Shown here in pieces: positions 8,379 through 15,474 of a stretch of 15,474 bases of DNA (its first letter is position 1; every line of letters begins with the position of its first letter). The stretch comes from a bacterium (GTDB lineage Bacteria > Zhuqueibacterota > Zhuqueibacteria > Oceanimicrobiales > Oceanimicrobiaceae). Under the pieces are notes generated by a model. That model was not told where the DNA came from. It did no database searches and worked only from the letters and a program-made list of their open reading frames with translations. The position numbers and the translations under genes are program-made. Location of the stretch: positions 1 to 15,474 of the forward strand of contig JBHHXN010000125.1 in the NCBI GenBank assembly GCA_046757025.1, read 5' to 3'.

Positions 8379-9133
8379 AAGGAAAATTGACCAGACCGAA
8401 GATTGGCACTTTTATAAAAATACTCTTCCGCTCTCTGTTTATCCAGGCTACCTGGAATTATGAGCGGATGCTAAGTCTGGGTTACTGTTTTTGCTTGCAG
8501 CCATTTGCCAAAAAAAAATATCGTAATGAAGCCGATCGAATACATTTTTTGCAAAGAAGTCTGACCTATTTCAACACACATCCCTACATGGCCAATTTCA
8601 TCATTGGGGCTGTTATACGTGCTGAGCTTGAAAAACCTCCAACGACCGATGGGGATGCCGTTCAAATAGACAAATACAAAACCCGTTTGAGCAGCTCCCT
8701 GGCGGCCGTTGGCGATGAGTTTTTCTGGAGCCAGCTTAAACCTTTCTGCGCTATGGTCGGGGTACTTTTGGTGATTTACTGGCAATGGTTCGGGCTAGCG
8801 GTTTTTTTGGTGTTGTATAATCTGCCGCATCTGTGGGCAAGAATTTATGGTTTGGCAGCAGGCTATCGCCTGGGATTTGACGTAGGGAAATCTGTTTCCA
8901 TGAAAAAACTACATCCGGTCATAGACAATCTGAATAAAATTGGCGGAATCATCGCAGGCAGTTTTGTGATTTTCATCGGCGGTTCGAAATTCGTAAGTAA
9001 TAATTTGGATTTGGTAGCGTTTGTTTCCGGGTTCATCCTGATGGTTGGGTTCACAAAACTGAAATTATCTATTCCCGTGGCGTTGCTTGCAATTCTGATA
9101 TTTAGCATGTTGATAGGAGTCTTGTTTGTTTAA
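8372..9133 (+). CDS. PTS mannose/fructose/sorbose-family EIID subunit
   Basis: RSLFIQATWNYERMLSLGY, YFNTHPY, LAAVGDEFFW, LYN and GYRLG are ManZ-type motifs. The start is uncertain (TTG 8372 overlapping the EIIC stop, or TTG 8387). Confidence 0.9.
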   Translation: MVKGKLTRPKIGTFIKILFRSLFIQATWNYERMLSLGYCFCLQPFAKKKYRNEADRIHFLQRSLTYFNTHPYMANFIIGAVIRAELEKPPTTDGDAVQIDKYKTRLSSSLAAVGDEFFWSQLKPFCAMVGVLLVIYWQWFGLAVFLVLYNLPHLWARIYGLAAGYRLGFDVGKSVSMKKLHPVIDNLNKIGGIIAGSFVIFIGGSKFVSNNLDLVAFVSGFILMVGFTKLKLSIPVALLAILIFSMLIGVLFV

Positions 9134-9173
9134 TTTCAATCGGATACCGTTTTAACCGGGGGAAAATTCAAAT

Positions 9174-9440
9174 ATGATTCAGAAAAAAATAAAGATAAAA
9201 AATAAATTAGGTTTACATGCCAGACCGGCCGCTCAGTTAGTCAAGGTCGCGGCCAAATTTAAATCCCATGTGTTCATCGGCAAAGACGATCATGAAGTGA
9301 ACGGCAAAAGTATCATGGGGGTGATGATGTTAGCCGCCGAGCTGGGCAGCATTCTGACCCTCACGGTGGATGGGGAAGACGAAAACCAAGCCATCGAGGC
9401 TTTGCTCGCGGTGATCAACGATAAATTTGGTGAAGAGTAA
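9174..9440 (+). CDS. ptsH: Phosphocarrier protein HPr
   Basis: 88 aa with GLHARPAA (His15) and NGKSIMGVMML (Ser46). Confidence 0.96.
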   Translation: MIQKKIKIKNKLGLHARPAAQLVKVAAKFKSHVFIGKDDHEVNGKSIMGVMMLAAELGSILTLTVDGEDENQAIEALLAVINDKFGEE

Positions 9441-9452
9441 AGAAACATACTA

Positions 9453-11225
9453 ATGGCAGGCGCAAAATTAAAAATTAAAGCCGACTATATTTTGAAAGGG
9501 ATTCCCTCGTCGCCCGGAATCGCCATTTCAAAAGTGTTTTTACTGCAGGGAGAAGCGGTCAAAATTGATCCCATCATTATTGATGAAGCGGATGTGCCGG
9601 AAGAAATTGACAAATTCAAAAAGGCCATTAAAAAATCTAAAAGCGAGCTGAAGTCGCTGCAAAATAAAGTAGCGCTGCGTATCGGACAGGAAAGCGCTAA
9701 AATTTTCGACGTGCACCAGCTGTTGCTTGAAGACAGCTTGATCATCGAAGAGACCATTTACAGCATTAAAAAGGAAAATAAATCCGCCGAATACGCTTTT
9801 TACGATACCATGCTCAAGTATCAGAATACGCTGGACGAAAGCGCGGTGGAATATTTTCAGAGCCGTATTTCCGATTTGAAGGACGTCCGGCGGCGGGTGA
9901 TTCGGCACATTCAAGGCGACCGCACCGATTATCTGAGTAAATTGGAAGGTTCGGCCATCATCGTAGCACGCGATTTGACTCCTTCTGACACGGTCTTGCT
10001 GGATCGCCGCAAGGTGCTGGGTTTTGTCACGGATCTAGGCGGAAAGTTTTCGCATGTTTCGATTATGGCGCGCTCCATGGAGGTGCCGGCAGTGGTAGGC
10101 TTGCGTCGGATTACTTCCCTGGTCGCACATGACGATCGCATTATCCTCGATGGCAACGAAGGTAAAGTGATTGTGCGCCCGGATGAAAACACCCTGAAAT
10201 ATTACCACCAATTGCAGGAAAAATATTATGAAGTCGAAAGAAAACTGCATGAAATCAGAGACTTGCCTTGTGTGACCCTGGATGGGAAAGAAGTAGAATT
10301 GTCCGCCAATCTGGAATTTATTGATGAAGTGGATTCTGCTATTTCACACGGCGCCCGCGGTGTGGGGCTTTATCGCACGGAATTTTTATATCTTGCTAAA
10401 AATGAGCTGCCCACCGAAGATGAACAATACCAGGAGTACAGCAAAATTGTCAGCAAATTCGAACCGGATCCCGTCATCATTCGAACCATGGATCTGGGCG
10501 GAGATAAACATCCGCAATCGATTTTGATACCACCGGAAGAAAATCCGTTTTTGGGCTGGCGGGCCATTCGCATTTCACTTGAACGGCAAGATATTTTCAA
10601 CGTACAGCTGCGCGCTATTCTAAGAGCCAGCATGGCTGGAAATGTCAAAATTCTGTTCCCCATGATTTCCGGTTATGAGGAGTTGATTGAATGTAAAATT
10701 GCGGTTGAAAAAGCCAAAGACGAGCTGAAAAAAGAGAAAATTCCGTTCAAAGAGGATATCGAAATCGGCATCATGATCGAAGTACCTTCGGCGGCATATC
10801 TGGCCGATAAGCTGGCGAAGGAGGTGGATTTTTTGAGCATCGGTACCAACGACCTCGTGCAATATCTACTGGCCGTTGACCGAGGCAATGAGCGAATTGC
10901 CTATCTCTATCAACACCTGCATCCTGCGGTTTTGCGTACCATCAAACATATCATCATGGAAGGCCATCGTAAAGGGGTATGGGTGGGCATGTGTGGGGAA
11001 ATGGCCAGCGATCCCTTGGCGACCCTGATTCTGCTCGGATTGGAATTGGATGAGTTCAGCGTCAGTCCGACTTTTGTGCCCGAAGTCAAAAAGATCATTC
11101 GCAGCGTCGATCATCGCGAAGCGGTGCGCATCGCAAACAAGGCTCTGGAATTTGAGAAGGCTTCGGAAGTGGAGAGATTTATGCGTAAAGTGATGCGGCG
11201 AAAATATAAGGATTTGATTATTTAA
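9453..11225 (+). CDS. ptsI: Phosphoenolpyruvate-protein phosphotransferase (PTS Enzyme I)
   Basis: LKGIPSSPGIA, DLTPSDT, GGKFSHVSIMARS (phospho-His201), GVGLYRTEFLY, RTMDLGGDK, EENPFLGWRAIR, SIGTNDLVQY and GMCGEMA (Cys514). There is no N-terminal GAF domain. Confidence 0.96.
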   Translation: MAGAKLKIKADYILKGIPSSPGIAISKVFLLQGEAVKIDPIIIDEADVPEEIDKFKKAIKKSKSELKSLQNKVALRIGQESAKIFDVHQLLLEDSLIIEETIYSIKKENKSAEYAFYDTMLKYQNTLDESAVEYFQSRISDLKDVRRRVIRHIQGDRTDYLSKLEGSAIIVARDLTPSDTVLLDRRKVLGFVTDLGGKFSHVSIMARSMEVPAVVGLRRITSLVAHDDRIILDGNEGKVIVRPDENTLKYYHQLQEKYYEVERKLHEIRDLPCVTLDGKEVELSANLEFIDEVDSAISHGARGVGLYRTEFLYLAKNELPTEDEQYQEYSKIVSKFEPDPVIIRTMDLGGDKHPQSILIPPEENPFLGWRAIRISLERQDIFNVQLRAILRASMAGNVKILFPMISGYEELIECKIAVEKAKDELKKEKIPFKEDIEIGIMIEVPSAAYLADKLAKEVDFLSIGTNDLVQYLLAVDRGNERIAYLYQHLHPAVLRTIKHIIMEGHRKGVWVGMCGEMASDPLATLILLGLELDEFSVSPTFVPEVKKIIRSVDHREAVRIANKALEFEKASEVERFMRKVMRRKYKDLII

Positions 11226-11384
11226 TTTTTGAATGAATTATTCATCTCCCAATATTCTTTGTTTGCATTTAAATTAAATTCAGATGGCTACCAACATTGC
11301 CAGCCATTGTTTTGGTTTTTAATTAAGTCGTTCGGCAAAGTTAATGTGCTTATTTTAGTGAATTAAATAAATTGAGTAGAGACC

Positions 11385-12446
11385 ATGCGTACAATGGATA
11401 CAACTGAAATTATGAAATATGATTCTGAAGGCATGCTGGATCGCGTTCTGCAATTTCCACAGCAAATGCAGCACGCACTGAGTTTATCCAGGGAGCGGCC
11501 GTTGAATTGGCCGTCGGGACGGATTGCCAACGTGTGTTTGGCCGGTATGGGCGGGTCGGGCATCAGCGGCGATCTCGTGCGTTCGTATTTAGCCGATTCG
11601 TTAAAAGTGCCATTTTACGTCAATCGCAGTTATTCTTTGCCGGAATTCGTCGATGAGCGCACGTTGCTAGTGATTTCCAGCTATTCCGGTAACACCGAAG
11701 AAACGCTGTCATCTTATGAGGAAGGCCTCGCACGGAACGCTCAAATCGTTTGTATTACCTCTGGCGGTACGGTACTGGAAAAGGCGCAGTCGTCAGGGCA
11801 TCCTGTGTTCACAATTCCCACTGGTTTTCATCCGCGGGCCGCGTTGGGATATCTCACCGTCCCCTTGCTTTTCACGTTGTTTTATGCTAAATTGATTGTT
11901 CAACCAGAAACGGATTTGCAAGAAACCATCGGACTGCTGGACCGGCTCAGCAAAGAGTACCATCCGGATCGGCAGGAAAATTTACCACATAAAATCAGCG
12001 CCGGCTTGTTTGGTAAAATCCCCTTGATCTATGCCGCTGTTCCAAATTTTGAAGCGGTAGTGTGGCGTTGGAAAGGGCAGTTGTCTGAGAACAGCAAAGT
12101 GTTGGCGTTTGCGAATCTTTTTCCGGAGCTTAACCACAACGAAATCATGGGCTGGGGACCGCTGACGGAAATCAATCGCCATTTTCAAGTGGTCTATTTG
12201 AAAGATCGGGAATATCATCCTCAAAACCAAAAAAGAATGGCTATCACCAAGGAAATTCTCGAGAAACATACCCCACCGGTGCTGGAAGTGGAAAGTCGAG
12301 GTGAATCTTTGCTGGCGCGCATTTTTTCTTTGATCTATCTGGGCGACATGGTGAGCGTTTATTTGGCGGCGTTGAATAAAGTGGACCCTACACCCATTGA
12401 AAACATCGCGTTATTAAAACAGAAAATTAATTTGATTGTTAGCTAA
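11385..12446 (+). CDS. Bifunctional phosphoglucose/phosphomannose isomerase (SIS-domain PGI/PMI)
   Basis: GMGGSGISGD, SYSGNTEET, TSGG, PRAALGY, RWKGQLSENSK, FPELNHNEIMGW and VDPTP..I..LK. Alternative ATG at 11394. Confidence 0.92.
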   Translation: MRTMDTTEIMKYDSEGMLDRVLQFPQQMQHALSLSRERPLNWPSGRIANVCLAGMGGSGISGDLVRSYLADSLKVPFYVNRSYSLPEFVDERTLLVISSYSGNTEETLSSYEEGLARNAQIVCITSGGTVLEKAQSSGHPVFTIPTGFHPRAALGYLTVPLLFTLFYAKLIVQPETDLQETIGLLDRLSKEYHPDRQENLPHKISAGLFGKIPLIYAAVPNFEAVVWRWKGQLSENSKVLAFANLFPELNHNEIMGWGPLTEINRHFQVVYLKDREYHPQNQKRMAITKEILEKHTPPVLEVESRGESLLARIFSLIYLGDMVSVYLAALNKVDPTPIENIALLKQKINLIVS

Positions 12447-12495
12447 AATTATTCGATATTAGTTTTTTAATGTGAAAGTTGAAAGGAGCAAATTT

Positions 12496-14960
<2,465 letters not shown>

Positions 14961-15068
14961 GATTTCTCTGAAAAATGAATGTGTTCATACGGTTATCCAA
15001 TTTACTCAGAATGACCATTCTGGAAGTTTGCTGAGCTAACAACTGGATAGCCGTAATGTGCTCAACAT

Positions 15069-15103
15069 AAACCTCATATTATTGGTAAATATGAGGTTTT
15101 TTT
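15069..15103 (+). terminator. Probable intrinsic terminator downstream of ahcY
   Basis: Perfect 12-bp stem AAACCTCATATT / AATATGAGGTTT with a 7-nt loop, running into a T7 tract (15097-15103). Confidence 0.7.
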
Positions 15104-15282
15104 GTAACTATTCAGCCGGCGTTGTCATTCTGAGCACCAACTCCGGATTCTTTACTCATACTGTTGCTGATGTAGGAGGAATCCCTTAACCGGTTCGCAA
15201 CATACTTCACGCCTGTACTTCCGCTGAGATCTCAGCATTTGGGAGTTTACGCTCAGCATGACGGTTTAGGTTGAATCGTTAC
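15104..15282. mobile_element. 179-bp MITE-like element with 32-bp bipartite terminal inverted repeats
   Basis: GTAACTATTCAGCC-N6-GTCATTCTGAGC (15104-15135) pairs with GCTCAGCATGAC-N6-GGTTGAATCGTTAC (15251-15282), at 12/14 and 11/12 matches with identical spacing. Flanked by T7 and T6 runs. Confidence 0.65.
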
Positions 15283-15432
15283 TTTTTTCAACTAATTTGA
15301 TTTATTCCAATCTGAGATCCAATATTCTCTCCTTTATTTCCTACCCTTGAAATGATGAGTTAGGGCATTTATTTGTTTAGAGCCTTTGTTCTGGATTTCT
15401 CAGAGATGATCTCTGACTTTATTATTCCTAGC

Positions 15433-15445
15433 GCGGCGGAGCCGC
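15433..15445. repeat. Small GC-rich REP-like hairpin GCGGC-GGA-GCCGC
   Basis: 5-bp GC stem with a GNA triloop in otherwise AT-rich intergenic DNA. Confidence 0.35.
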
Positions 15446-15474
15446 AAATGTTTAAATGACTTGCTTTGTTGTGG

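Noticed and set aside
11284..11320. Terminator between ptsI and PGI/PMI (ATGGCT-N12-AGCCAT then T-rich)
   Set aside because: A 6-bp stem with a 12-nt loop and an interrupted T-tract is too weak to call, though it is not excluded.
14961..15474. CRISPR array, tRNA or other known RNA gene in the intergenic regions
   Set aside because: No regularly spaced direct repeats and no cloverleaf or T-loop motif; the structure present is inverted-repeat type.

Overview
Bacterial chromosomal window with every credible gene on the + strand, in two blocks. Block 1 (<1-6109) is a MacAB-TolC-type tripartite exporter: a 5'-truncated TolC, a periplasmic adaptor, a stand-alone ABC ATPase and two paralogous MacB/FtsX-type permeases. 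Block 2 (6670-14960) is a tightly packed run: short-chain polyprenyl (IdsA/GGPPS-like) synthase, mannose-family PTS EIIC and EIID (no EIIA/EIIB in the window), HPr, Enzyme I, bifunctional PGI/PMI, metK and ahcY. TolC implies a diderm host; gene order suggests an FCB-related lineage such as KSB1 or Calditrichota (inference only). The least ordinary signals are non-coding. At 6218-6451 there is a three-level nest: a GTAG-type REP doublet, interrupted at its TTTA loop by a 179-bp MITE with a TTTA target duplication, which carries a GTCAT...ATGAC hairpin. At 15104-15282 a second 179-bp GTAA-ended MITE-like element with a related internal hairpin sits in the T-tract of the ahcY terminator. The best candidate for an undescribed system is the EIIAB-less, divergent Man-type PTS linked to PGI/PMI and the SAM cycle.
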